Made by a program: the position numbers and the translations under genes
Notes under the pieces: generated by a model
Told to the model about the DNA's origin: nothing
Seen by the model: only the letters and a program-made list of their open reading frames with translations
The model's database searches: none
Assembly: GCA_032127745.1 (NCBI GenBank)
Contig: JAQBHL010000368.1
Coordinates: forward strand, 2,184-66,183
Source: Acidobacteriota bacterium
Lineage (GTDB): Bacteria > Acidobacteriota > Vicinamibacteria > Fen-336 > JAGNNV01
Length of the DNA: 64,000 nucleotides
Direction: 5' to 3'
In this document: positions 47,248-57,025 of the stretch, one piece after another
Numbering within the stretch: the first letter of the stretch is position 1
Layout: each line of letters opens with the position of its first letter

Positions 47248-49740
47248 ATGAACTCATTGCTGCTGGACTTGAAATACGCGGCCCGACAACTCGTGCGCAC
47301 ACCTCTGTTCACCGTGCTCGGCGTGGTCATGCTGGGGCTGGGGATCGGCCTCAACACGGGACTCTTCAGCGTCACCTGGAGTGTGTTGCTGAAACCGCTT
47401 CCCTTCGCCGAGCCTGACCGCACGGTGAAGGTCTATGCGCTGACGCCCGAGGGACGACTCGCCTCCTTGAGCTACCCGGACGTCCGGGATCTCCGCGCCG
47501 GCACGGAGCTGTTCTCGGAGGTGGCGACATCGGAGATCTTTGGCGTCGCTCTCTCCCGCGAGCGTGAGACTCAAGCACTCTGGGGCGAGCTGGTGTCGGG
47601 CAACTACTTCGAGGCACTGCCGGTCAGACCCCTGCTCGGGCGGCTCTTCGGCCCCGAGGTGGATACTTCGGCGCAGGCCGCGACGATTGCCGTGCTCAGC
47701 CACCGGGCCTGGCGGCTCCATTTCGACTCCGACCCCAAGGTGGTGGGCCGCACGGTGACGCTCAACGGCCAGGCTTTCACCATCAGCGGAATCACCCCCG
47801 AAGACTTCCGGGGCGTCTATTCTGTCTGGTTCTCGCCCGACCTGTGGATCCCCGTGGCTGCCGGTCCCCAGCTCGACCCGGCGCGCCGCGGCGCCCTCGA
47901 AGCCCGCGACCAGCGGCAGCCGACGACCCTCGGTCGTCTCGCCCCGGGCGTCTCAGTCGCGCAGGCCCAGGCCCAGGTCGAGACCTTCGCTCAAACGCTG
48001 GCCCGGATCCATCCGGAGAGCCACGCCCGCTGGCGCGCGCGGGTGCTCGCTGAGACGGACACCCGGCCCGAGACCGAGATGGGTCCTGGGGCTCGCGCGG
48101 CGATGTTGGTTTTCCACGCCCTGGCCGGTCTGGTGTTGCTGGTCGCGTGCGCCAACGTCTCCAACCTTTTGCTGGCTCGCGCCGCCTCGCGGCGCCGCGA
48201 GGTGGCCATCCGCATCGCCGTTGGAGCGGGCCGCGCGCGCCTGGTGCGCCAGCTCCTCGTCGAAGCGTCCCTCATTGCCGCCCTCGCGGCGACCCTCGGG
48301 ACGGCCCTCGCGTGGCTGCTGGTCAAGCAACTGGCGGCCTTCCAGATGCCGACCCATTTCCCGCTCCGAATCGACGTCGGCGTCGATGCCCACGCCCTCG
48401 CCTTCTCGGTAGGCCTCGCGACGGTGACCGCGTTGCTGTTCGGCCTGCTCCCTGCGCTGCAGACATCCCGCCCCGACCTCGTCCCCGCGCTCAAAGGCGA
48501 GTCCGCCGGCAGCGTCGGATCGCGCTCCCGCTTGATGAGCGGGCTTGTGGTCGCCCAGATTGCGGTGTCGATCGTGCTGCTTGTTGCGGGCGGACTCTTC
48601 CTGCGCAGCATGGGAGCCGCCGGAGATCTGGAGTTGGGCTTCCGTCCCGAGCGGTTGCTGCTCGCCAACCTGAGCCTCGATCGCCCCGGTGAGCAAGCTC
48701 CCGGATACCGGGAGCAGCTGATCCTCAACATCAAGGCGCGCGTGGCGTCGCTCCCGGGTGTCTTGGGAGCGAGCCTCGCCGCCCCGGTCCCGATGGAGTT
48801 CTGGTCGTCCGGAGGTCGGCTCTACGTGGATGGGCGCGAGGTTTTGCCCGGCGAAGAGCCCGGCCTCGCGACGCTATGGAGCCGTGTGGCTCCCGACTAT
48901 TTCGAGGTGATGGAGACGCGCATCGAGCAAGGCCGTGGGTTCGAAGTCTCAGATGACGCGCCCTCGCGCCAGGTGGCAGTCGTGAACCGGCGGCTCGCCG
49001 AGACGCTCTGGCCCGGCCTCGACCCGATCGGACGGGCGCTCCGGGTGGGCGCGCCCGACGCCCCGCCGGTCGAGGTTGTGGGTGTCGCCCAGGACGGCAA
49101 GTACAACGCGCTCTTCGAGCCGCAGAGGACCTACCTCTTCACTCCGCTGCTCCAGGCGTCAGGCGGTGGGCGGGCCGGCGCCGCCTCGGCAGGGATGGAG
49201 CCCTTGACGTTGCTGGTGCGGACCGAGGGTGACCCAACTGCAATGGCGCCCACGGTCCGCGCCGAACTCCACGCCCTCGACGCGTCGCTGCCCGTCCTCG
49301 ACGTCAAGACCATGGAGGAGTTGATCGACGGCCGCTCGTTCGTCCTGTTCCGCCTGGGCGCGGGCTTCGGGGGGGCGATGGGGTTGATGGCCCTCGCCCT
49401 TGCCGTGATCGGGCTCTACGGCCTGGTCTCGCTTTCGGTGACGCAGCGGACGCGGGAGATCGGAGTGCGCATGGCCCTGGGAGCGCAGCGAGGAGCCGTG
49501 CTGCGCCTCGTCCTGCGACAGGGCATGGGTCTGGTTGCCCTGGGCGGGCTGATCGGTGGAGTCGGGGCTTTTGGCGTCGGCCGCGTCGTCTCCAGCCTGC
49601 TGATCGGGGTCGGGGCCCACGACCCCCTCACGCTGGGGCTGGTCATGGCGCTGCTCGCCGCGGTCGCCGCCGTCGCGACCCTGCTGCCGGCCCGCCGTGC
49701 GGCCGGCGTGGATCCGATACAGGCGCTGCGGACCGATTAG
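47248..49740 (+). CDS. ABC transporter permease, duplicated FtsX/MacB-like (ADOP family)
   Basis: 830 aa. Confidence 0.85.
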   Translation: MNSLLLDLKYAARQLVRTPLFTVLGVVMLGLGIGLNTGLFSVTWSVLLKPLPFAEPDRTVKVYALTPEGRLASLSYPDVRDLRAGTELFSEVATSEIFGVALSRERETQALWGELVSGNYFEALPVRPLLGRLFGPEVDTSAQAATIAVLSHRAWRLHFDSDPKVVGRTVTLNGQAFTISGITPEDFRGVYSVWFSPDLWIPVAAGPQLDPARRGALEARDQRQPTTLGRLAPGVSVAQAQAQVETFAQTLARIHPESHARWRARVLAETDTRPETEMGPGARAAMLVFHALAGLVLLVACANVSNLLLARAASRRREVAIRIAVGAGRARLVRQLLVEASLIAALAATLGTALAWLLVKQLAAFQMPTHFPLRIDVGVDAHALAFSVGLATVTALLFGLLPALQTSRPDLVPALKGESAGSVGSRSRLMSGLVVAQIAVSIVLLVAGGLFLRSMGAAGDLELGFRPERLLLANLSLDRPGEQAPGYREQLILNIKARVASLPGVLGASLAAPVPMEFWSSGGRLYVDGREVLPGEEPGLATLWSRVAPDYFEVMETRIEQGRGFEVSDDAPSRQVAVVNRRLAETLWPGLDPIGRALRVGAPDAPPVEVVGVAQDGKYNALFEPQRTYLFTPLLQASGGGRAGAASAGMEPLTLLVRTEGDPTAMAPTVRAELHALDASLPVLDVKTMEELIDGRSFVLFRLGAGFGGAMGLMALALAVIGLYGLVSLSVTQRTREIGVRMALGAQRGAVLRLVLRQGMGLVALGGLIGGVGAFGVGRVVSSLLIGVGAHDPLTLGLVMALLAAVAAVATLLPARRAAGVDPIQALRTD

Positions 49741-49832
49741 CTGATGGGATCGCGCCAGCTACACATTTCCCCGGACGCGATGCCGCACGCACCGAGCCCG
49801 CCGCAGCCCACGGGCAGGAGTAGGGAGGAGCC

Positions 49833-49997
49833 ATGTTGAGCCGTCTCACGGACGACGCCACCGCAGCGGTGCGGGCGTTGCGACGCAACCCTCGCCTGAC
49901 CCTGGTCATGGTGTTGACCCTTGGCCTGGGTCTGGGCGCAAACACGACGATCTTCTCAGCCATCGACCATCACCTACCAGGCGCACTGGAGACATAG
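49833..49997 (+). pseudogene. N-terminal remnant (54 codons) of another ADOP permease paralog
   Basis: MLSRLTDDATAAVRALRRNPRLTLVMVLTLGLGLGANTTIFSAIDHHLPGALET* is the characteristic permease N-terminus/TM1, ending in a stop. GGAGGAG lies upstream. Not in the ORF track (<60 aa). Confidence 0.4.
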
Positions 49998-50004
49998 ACA
50001 TCTC

Positions 50005-50724
50005 ATGATCGAACTACGCAATCTCGAAAAGTCATACCCCCTCGCCGCGGGCCGGGTGTACGTTCTTCGCAACATCACTCTCTCGATCGCGGAGGGCGAG
50101 TTCGTGTCGATCATGGGCCCTTCGGGAGCAGGGAAGTCGACCCTGCTGCACATTCTCGGCATGCACGACGGCGACTTCACCGGCGACTACGAATTCCGCG
50201 CGGAGATCGTGAACAAGTTGAAGCCTCGTGATCGGCAGGAACTGCAGAAGCGAAACATCGGTTTCGTCTTCCAGAGCTTCCATCTGCTCGACGATCTGAC
50301 CGTGTACGAGAACCTTGAACTGCCCCTTTCCTACCGTGACCTGAAGAAGGCCGAGCGACAGGCCATCGTGGGCGATGTTCTCGACAAGTTCAACATCGTG
50401 GGGAAGAAGGATCTGTATCCCTCGCAGCTCTCCGGAGGTCAGCAGCAACTGGTGGGGGTGGCCCGCGCCATCGTGGCCAAGCCGAAGGTGATCCTCGCCG
50501 ACGAGCCCACGGGCAACCTGCACTCGGACCAGGGTCGCGAAATCATGGAGCTTTTCAAGAGCCTCAACCAGGAAGGCTGCACGATCATTCAGGTCACACA
50601 CTCGGAGACGAACGCGACGTATGGAAACCGGGTCATTCGGCTGAAGGACGGCTGGCTCGCCGCACCCGCCCCTGGGCGACCGGGGGCGGCGCCCGCCCAA
50701 TCCGGCTCGACCCGGGCCGACTGA
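50005..50724 (+). CDS. ABC transporter ATP-binding protein (MacB-like ATPase)
   Basis: Walker A GPSGAGKST, signature LSGGQQQLVGVARAI, Walker B LADEPTGNL. Confidence 0.85.
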   Translation: MIELRNLEKSYPLAAGRVYVLRNITLSIAEGEFVSIMGPSGAGKSTLLHILGMHDGDFTGDYEFRAEIVNKLKPRDRQELQKRNIGFVFQSFHLLDDLTVYENLELPLSYRDLKKAERQAIVGDVLDKFNIVGKKDLYPSQLSGGQQQLVGVARAIVAKPKVILADEPTGNLHSDQGREIMELFKSLNQEGCTIIQVTHSETNATYGNRVIRLKDGWLAAPAPGRPGAAPAQSGSTRAD

Positions 50725-50893
50725 CGCGAGAGCGCGATGCCTTTCCTGCACTCCTCGACGGCCAGGGCTCCGTGGTTCCGCATGAACAGCCCGGTCAGAT
50801 CTTTCACGAATTCGAAGGTCATTTCGTGGCCGGCGCGTTTGGAATCTGTGGTGGGCCGGTCGGTGATGCCCCCCTCGTATACTCGGTGATTCT

Positions 50894-52255
50894 GTGACCT
50901 CATCTCCCCGCATTCTTGTCGCCGACGATCAACAGGACGTCCTTGAAGCCCTGCGGCTGCTGCTCAAAGCCGAAGGCTTCACCATCGAAACCGCGGGGTC
51001 GCCGGCCGCGGCCTGGGCCGCGCTCGAGGGCCGTGAGTTCGATGTCGCCCTGATCGATCTCAACTACACCCGGGACACGACCTCCGGTCAGGAAGGCATG
51101 GAACTGCTGGCCCGCATCCAGGAACTGGACGAGACGCTGCCGGTGGTGGTTATGACCGCTTGGGCGAGCGTCAGCCTCGCCGTGGAAGCCATGCGCCACG
51201 GCGCACGAGACTTCGTGAGCAAGCCCTGGGAGAACGCCCGGCTCATCGCCATTCTCCGGACCCAGGCCGAGCTCTCCAAGGCTCTGCGCCACGGGCGTCG
51301 ACTGGAAAGCGAGAATCGCGCGCTCAGGGGCGAGGTGAAGCTCGAGGTCATCGCCGAATCCCCGAGCATGCAGAAGGTCATGGACATGGTGCGTCGAGTC
51401 GGGCCCTCGGACGCCAACGTCCTGCTGCTGGGCGAGAACGGGGCCGGCAAAGGGACGGTGGCCCAGGCCCTGCACGCGGTGTCCAATCGAAAGCTCAAGG
51501 CTCTGGTGACCGTCAACGTGGGCGGCCTGTCGGAAGGAGTCTTCGAGAGCGAGCTGTTCGGTCACGTCCGCGGCGCCTTTACCGATGCCCGCGCCGACCG
51601 GGTGGGGCGCTTTGAACTCGCCGACGGCGGCACGCTGTTCCTGGACGAAATTGCGAATGTCACCCCGGGCCTTCAGTCGAAACTCCTTCGCGTGGTGGAG
51701 GCCGGAGAGTTCGAGCCGGTGGGGTCCTCGAGGACGCGAAAGGCCAACGTGCGGATCATCTCGGCCACCAACGCAGACCTCGACGCGGAGGTGGCGGCCG
51801 GTCGTTTCCGTCAGGATCTTCAGTTCCGGCTCAACACCATCGAGATCCGAATTCCGCCCCTGCGCGACCGGCGCGAAGACATCCCGGCGCTGGCTGCTTA
51901 TTTCCTGGGTGCGCACGCGGCGCGGTATCGGAAGAAAGTGTCCGGTTTCGATGCGGGGGCCACCCAGGCCCTCCTCGACCACGGCTGGCCCGGGAACGTC
52001 CGGGAGCTGGACCACGCGGTCGAACGAGCGGTTCTCCTGAGCTCGGGGGAGCGGATCGGGGCGAGCGATCTCGCCCTGCGCGCGACCGGGGAGCCCCGCG
52101 GAGGCCGACTCGAAGACATGAGCCTTGAGGAGGTCGAGGCCTTCCTGATCAAGAAGACGTTGAGCCGCTTCGAAGGCAATGTGACGCGCGCGGCGGATGC
52201 GCTCGGTCTGTCGCGCAGCGCGCTTTACCGGCGCATCGAACGCCACGGCCTCTGA
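50894..52255 (+). CDS. Sigma-54-dependent response regulator (NtrC family: REC + AAA+ with GAFTGA-like motif + Fis HTH)
   Basis: REC domain ...ALIDLNYTRDTTSGQEGMELL... AAA+ domain (GENGAGKGTVAQ, GAFTDA, LFLDEI). C-terminal HTH RAADALGLSRSALYRRI. Confidence 0.9.
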   Translation: MTSSPRILVADDQQDVLEALRLLLKAEGFTIETAGSPAAAWAALEGREFDVALIDLNYTRDTTSGQEGMELLARIQELDETLPVVVMTAWASVSLAVEAMRHGARDFVSKPWENARLIAILRTQAELSKALRHGRRLESENRALRGEVKLEVIAESPSMQKVMDMVRRVGPSDANVLLLGENGAGKGTVAQALHAVSNRKLKALVTVNVGGLSEGVFESELFGHVRGAFTDARADRVGRFELADGGTLFLDEIANVTPGLQSKLLRVVEAGEFEPVGSSRTRKANVRIISATNADLDAEVAAGRFRQDLQFRLNTIEIRIPPLRDRREDIPALAAYFLGAHAARYRKKVSGFDAGATQALLDHGWPGNVRELDHAVERAVLLSSGERIGASDLALRATGEPRGGRLEDMSLEEVEAFLIKKTLSRFEGNVTRAADALGLSRSALYRRIERHGL

Positions 52256-52337
52256 GCGGTGGTGTTCTGATCGGCACCGTGACCCGGCGGCGCGAGATCC
52301 CACAAGCCGGCCACGCTCACCCGGGTGATCCGGCCGA

Positions 52338-53672
52338 GTGACCATGTCCCGGCGCTCTCTCTCGCTGGACAACCGGGTCTTCCTTCTGGCCTTTCTGGCC
52401 GGGCTTCCGGGTTCCCTCTTCTTCCTGGGCTGGCTGTGGTGGAGTCCGCACGACAGCGAGCTCCGATGGACCCTGTCGCTTCTCGCCGCGGGACTGTGGC
52501 TCGGGCTCGCGCGGGCCGCCCAGATGGCGGTCATCCGCCCCATGCAGACGGTGTCGAATCTGCTCGCCGCTCTCCGCGAGGAGGATTTCTCGTTCCGGGC
52601 CCGCGGGCGCGGGGGAGACGACGCTCTCTCCCTGGTTCTCTTCGAGGTCAATTCCCTTGCCGACACTCTGAAGCACGAACGTCTGGGCGCGCTCGAAGCC
52701 ACCGCTCTGCTCCGCACCGTGATGGAAAAGATCGACGTGGCGGTGTTCGCCTTCGACGAAGGCGAGCAGCTTCGCCTGGTCAATCGCGCGGGCGAGGGCC
52801 TGCTCGGCTTCGCCGCCGAGCGCGCTCTCGGGAGAACGGCCACCGATCTGGGCCTGGGCGAAGCCCTTCGCGGCGAGGCTCCGCGGGTGATGGATGCCGG
52901 CTTCGCGGGCCGCCCGGGTCGATTCGAGGTCCGGCGATCCGTGTTCCGGCAGGACGGCCGGCCTCACCATCTGCTCGTGCTGACCAACGTCTCGCGCGCC
53001 CTGCGGGATGAAGAGCGTCAGGCCTGGCAGAGACTGATTCGGGTGATCGGGCACGAATTGAACAATTCGCTCGCCCCCATCCAATCCATCGCGGGAAGCC
53101 TGGAGACGCTGCTCTCCCGAACGCCCCGCCCTTCGGACTTCGACGATGACCTTCGTCGGGGCCTGGCCGTCATCGCCTCCAGATCGGAGGCTCTGGCCAA
53201 GTTCACCGAGGCCTATGCCAGGCTCGCCCGACTTCCTCCGCCTTCGCTCGCCCCGGTCGACGTGGCCGATCTGGTCCGGCGGGTCACCGTTCTCCAGGCG
53301 CATCACCGCCTGGTGGTCCAACCCGGTCCGGGCATGACGCTGCTCGCCGATGCCGCGCAGCTGGAACAGGCGCTCATCAATCTCATTCGCAATGGAGTCG
53401 AGGCGGCTCATGAACTCTCGGGCGGCGTTCGTCTCAGCTGGCGGGTGTTCCGGGGGGCGCTCGAGATTCTGGTCGAGGACGAAGGACGCGGACTTCCGGC
53501 CACCGCGAATCTGTTCGTGCCCTTCTTCAGCACCAAACCCGGAGGATCCGGCATCGGTCTGGTTCTGACCCGACAGATCGCGGAGGGCCATGGCGGCTCT
53601 CTCACCCTCGAGAATCGATCGGATCGTTCGGGGGTTTGCGCCCGCCTCCGGGTTCCGCTCGCGAAGGGCTGA
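52338..53672 (+). CDS. Sensor histidine kinase (2 TM, HisKA + HATPase_c)
   Basis: H-box IGHELNNSLAPI, N/G boxes (LINLIRNGVEA, GGSGIGLVL). Sits downstream of the NtrC-type regulator. Confidence 0.85.
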   Translation: MTMSRRSLSLDNRVFLLAFLAGLPGSLFFLGWLWWSPHDSELRWTLSLLAAGLWLGLARAAQMAVIRPMQTVSNLLAALREEDFSFRARGRGGDDALSLVLFEVNSLADTLKHERLGALEATALLRTVMEKIDVAVFAFDEGEQLRLVNRAGEGLLGFAAERALGRTATDLGLGEALRGEAPRVMDAGFAGRPGRFEVRRSVFRQDGRPHHLLVLTNVSRALRDEERQAWQRLIRVIGHELNNSLAPIQSIAGSLETLLSRTPRPSDFDDDLRRGLAVIASRSEALAKFTEAYARLARLPPPSLAPVDVADLVRRVTVLQAHHRLVVQPGPGMTLLADAAQLEQALINLIRNGVEAAHELSGGVRLSWRVFRGALEILVEDEGRGLPATANLFVPFFSTKPGGSGIGLVLTRQIAEGHGGSLTLENRSDRSGVCARLRVPLAKG

Positions 53673-53895
53673 CCGCGTGAGTTCTCCCCGCGGCTTCACG
53701 CCTCCAGCCGACCCAAAGGCACCGCCTCCGCGACCTCCCGGCCCGCTCGGCGGCCGCCCCAGGCGGTCTGCGACGGCGGCGGGAGACGTGCTTCCGCGGA
53801 CCGCAGGGTCACCGCGAGGACAGGCCAGAACCGGCGCTTGGCCCGGGCGCCGGCGGGAACCCCGGAGGGAGAGCCGCGCGCGGGACTGGGATTGC

Positions 53896-54156
53896 TTACT
53901 GAGCTTGGAGAAGGTCGCCGCCGTATGACGAAACGAAGTCGTCCACGGTGATTCCTGGCCGGGACGAACGCAGTCCGAGCCGCTTCATCTTCTCCGAGAG
54001 AGTTGAGGGCAGGAGACCGAGAGACGCGGCCACCCGGCGCTGATTCCAGCCCGCGAGTTCCAGCGCCATGAGGAGTAGTTGCCGTTCATATTCCTGAACG
54101 AGGTCTTTTAGAGTTTGGCCTTCAGGGATCAACAGTTTCGTCGCAAGTTCGCTCAT
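53896..54156 (-). CDS. Small Fis-family helix-turn-helix DNA-binding protein
   Basis: 87 aa starting MSELATKLL... with a GAGGAG Shine-Dalgarno. LLLMALELAGWNQRRVAASLGLLPSTLSEKMKRLGL is a Fis-type HTH. Confidence 0.55.
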   Translation of the reverse strand: MSELATKLLIPEGQTLKDLVQEYERQLLLMALELAGWNQRRVAASLGLLPSTLSEKMKRLGLRSSRPGITVDDFVSSYGGDLLQAQ

Positions 54157-54460
54157 GAACGCTCCTCGTTCGTTAACGGACAATTGTGGATGACGGGAGA
54201 GGCCACAAACCCCTATCCCGCCACGTTTCCGGGTGGGTCCAGGCCCCTTTGGGGCGGTGTTCGGGCGCCCTGGCCTCACCCGGTCGCTTGGATCGCAAGA
54301 AAACGTTGATCCCGCGGTACAGCAGAGCAAGTCCCGTTCCAGGCTCTTGGTTCCGGACCGGCTGCGACCTCGATCCCGAAGCGCTCAGTGTTGCGGAGGA
54401 GGGCGATCAATGCCGCGGGGCGGGGCGATCGATACCTGGGGGCGGGCGGAGCGAAGCGGG

Positions 54461-54871
54461 CTAGAACTGCCGGTCGAAGTGGCGGGCGCCCTCGTGGTGC
54501 GGGGTGGGCTTCGTCCAGTACGAGGACTCGTCTTCTCGCTTGAAGGTTCTGTTCATCGGGTCCTTCCCGGACAGCCGCATCAGCAGGCCGGTGGGGGTGA
54601 CCCCGACGAGGTAGAAGGCTCCGAGCAGAAGGCCGGTATTGATGTACCCCAGAATTTCGGCGAACTTCATCCACGGCCCGTAGGCGGGTCGAAGCAGGCC
54701 CGGGACAGTCGCGCCGACGAGGAAGAAGGCCGCAGCGGCGATGAGGAAGCCCTCGGCGGGCGCGGGCCGTCCCCGCCACATCAGGACGAGGCCGAAGGCG
54801 CCGGCCACGAAGCCAAAGGTGAACCCGAAGTTCCGGAGATCCTTCGCGGTGGCCGGAGGGGGAGTCGCCAT
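54461..54871 (-). CDS. SxtJ-family small membrane protein
   Basis: ~136 aa with 3 TM, immediately downstream of (5 bp from) the carbamoyltransferase gene on the same strand, the usual SxtJ-like partner arrangement. Confidence 0.55.
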   Translation of the reverse strand: MATPPPATAKDLRNFGFTFGFVAGAFGLVLMWRGRPAPAEGFLIAAAAFFLVGATVPGLLRPAYGPWMKFAEILGYINTGLLLGAFYLVGVTPTGLLMRLSGKDPMNRTFKREDESSYWTKPTPHHEGARHFDRQF

Positions 54872-54875
54872 GGCG

Positions 54876-56705
54876 TCAGTCAAGCTCGAACTCCTGCATC
54901 CATTTCCGGTCATCCTCGACCACCGGCTGGTCCTCCTTCAGGAAGATCCACTGATCCACCACCAGCACGTCGATGTCGGAACGCATGAAGCAGCGATATG
55001 CGTCTTCGGGAGAGCACACGATGGGCTCGCCCCGAACGTTGAACGAGGTATTGACGATGACCGGACAAGCGGTGAGCTTGAAGAATTCGTTGATCAGATC
55101 GTAGTAGCGCGGGTTGGTCTCGCGATGCACGGTCTGGATCCGGGCCGAGTAGTCGACGTGGGTGGCGGCCGGGATCTTCGAACGGGGAACGTTGAGTTTC
55201 TCGATGCCGAACAGCTTCTCCTGGTCCTCGGTCATGGGGATCTGCTGCTTCCTGGCCACCTGGGCCACGAGCAGCATGTACGGGCTCTCGCGGTCGAGGT
55301 CGAACCAGTCGGAAACCTGATCGGCCAGCACCGAAGGCGCGAAAGGCCGGAAGGACTCGCGGAATTTGATCTTCAGGTTCATCCGCTTCTGCATCTGCGG
55401 GTCGCGCGCGTCGCCCAGAATCGACCTTCCCCCGAGCGCTCGTGGACCGAACTCCATCCGCCCGCTCATCCAGCCGATGATCTTCCCCTCGGCCAGCAGG
55501 CCGGCGAGCCTCGGGAGCAGCGCCGCGTCTTCAAGTCGCGCTGCCTTCGCCCCTCGGGCGTCGAGGAGCCGCTGGACATCCTGATCGTGATACGCCGGGC
55601 CCAGGTACGACCCCTGCTGCCGGTCCAGGCCCGGGGCGCCGGTGAAGGGGGCGCGGGGCTGGTCCAGGTAACGATGCCAAACCGCCAGAGCCGAGCCGAG
55701 CGCTCCCCCCGCGTCTCCGGCCGCGGGCTGGACGAAGATGTTCTTGAACGGCCCCTCGCGCAGGAGGCGGCCGTTGCCCACGCAGTTCAGGGCCACGCCC
55801 CCGGCCAGGCAGAGATTGTCGAGCCCGGTTTCCTTATGGACGTGACGGGCGATGCGCAGCATGGCGTCCTCGGTGACCCGCTGCACGCTGGCCGCGAGGT
55901 CCATCTCGCGCTGGGTGAGTCGCGCCTCCGGCTTTCGGGGCGGCCCTCCGAAGATCGCGTCGAAACGGGAGTTCGTCATGGTGAGACCGGCGCAGTAGTC
56001 GAAGTAGTCCATGTTGAGATGGAACGAACCATCCTCGCGCAGATCGAGAATGTGCTCGTAGATGGCGTCGACGTACTTTGGCTCGCCATAGGGAGCGAGG
56101 CCCATGACCTTGTACTCGCCCGAATTCACCTTGAACCCGGTGTAGTAGGTGAAGGCCGAGTAGAGAAGTCCGATCGAGTGCGGAAAGAGGATCTCGCCCT
56201 TCGCCTCGAGGGCATGGCCCCGGCCCGCCCAGAAACTGGTGGTGGCCCATTCGCCCACTCCGTCGAAGCAGATGATGGCCGCTTCGTCGTAGGGGGACGG
56301 GTAGAAGGCGGAGGCGGCGTGAGATTCGTGGTGCTCACCGAAGAGAACCTTGCCGTCGTAGCCGCAGGCCTTGCGGATCTCGGTCCGCATGTGCAGCTTT
56401 TCCTTGAGCCACAGCGGCATCGATTTCAAGAACGAGGACACGCCCCGGGGCGCGTAGGCGAGATACGTCTCCAGCAGTCGTTCGAACTTGAGGAGGGGCT
56501 TGTCGTAGAAGACGACGTAATCGACGTCTTCGGGTCCCTTGAGACCGCCCTCTTTCAGGCAGTAGTTGAAAGCCCCGACGGGGAAACGGTGATCGTGCTT
56601 CTTCCGGCTGAAGCGCTCTTCCTGAGCGGCGGCTTTGATCTCACCATCCTGGACCAGGCACGCGGCGGAGTCGTGGTAGTAGGCCGAAACTCCGATTATG
56701 TTCAC
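54876..56705 (-). CDS. Carbamoyltransferase (NodU/CmcH/HypF-like family)
   Basis: MNIIGVSAYYHDSAACLVQDGEI...GEHHESHAASAFY... and the C-terminal blocks are typical of the O-carbamoyltransferase family. 609 aa. Confidence 0.9.
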   Translation of the reverse strand: MNIIGVSAYYHDSAACLVQDGEIKAAAQEERFSRKKHDHRFPVGAFNYCLKEGGLKGPEDVDYVVFYDKPLLKFERLLETYLAYAPRGVSSFLKSMPLWLKEKLHMRTEIRKACGYDGKVLFGEHHESHAASAFYPSPYDEAAIICFDGVGEWATTSFWAGRGHALEAKGEILFPHSIGLLYSAFTYYTGFKVNSGEYKVMGLAPYGEPKYVDAIYEHILDLREDGSFHLNMDYFDYCAGLTMTNSRFDAIFGGPPRKPEARLTQREMDLAASVQRVTEDAMLRIARHVHKETGLDNLCLAGGVALNCVGNGRLLREGPFKNIFVQPAAGDAGGALGSALAVWHRYLDQPRAPFTGAPGLDRQQGSYLGPAYHDQDVQRLLDARGAKAARLEDAALLPRLAGLLAEGKIIGWMSGRMEFGPRALGGRSILGDARDPQMQKRMNLKIKFRESFRPFAPSVLADQVSDWFDLDRESPYMLLVAQVARKQQIPMTEDQEKLFGIEKLNVPRSKIPAATHVDYSARIQTVHRETNPRYYDLINEFFKLTACPVIVNTSFNVRGEPIVCSPEDAYRCFMRSDIDVLVVDQWIFLKEDQPVVEDDRKWMQEFELD

Positions 56706-56764
56706 GCACCGGAGATTTTACGGTGAGGGGGCTGGATTAGAGGAGTGGGCTCCTTACGCGCTCA

Positions 56765-57003
56765 TGGTGACGTACTGGCTCGGTGACGAAGCGACGTCCG
56801 TGAACATCGTGGTGCGCGACGCTCAAGGGGCCTTGGTCCGGGAGATGGAAGGACCGAGAACCCGGGGGGCTTCATCGCGTGGCCTGGGACCTCGCGGACA
56901 AAGAGAAGAAACGGGCGCCGGCGGGCGAGTATGAGATCGAGCTGCGGGCGGGCTTCGGCTCGATCAAGGTACGGAGCGCGATTCGGGCGAGGATCGTGCG
57001 CTA
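56765..57003 (+). pseudogene. Short FlgD-Ig-like/sorting-domain-like fragment interrupted by a frameshift in a G6 run
   Basis: MVTYWLGDEATSVNIVVRDAQGALVREMEGP in one frame, continuing after GGGGGG (~56860) in another frame as ...WDLADKEKKRAPAGEYEIELRAGFGSIKVRSA... Weak call. Confidence 0.25.
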
Positions 57004-57025
57004 AACTCCCCGCCCTTGCCTTCCT

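Noticed and set aside
54330-54460. Search for a DUF5989-like ~50-aa membrane peptide downstream of the SxtJ-like gene
   Set aside because: The only open stretch (LIALLRNTERFGIEVAAGPEPRAWNGTCSAVPRDQRFLAIQATG) is not hydrophobic and does not resemble DUF5989.
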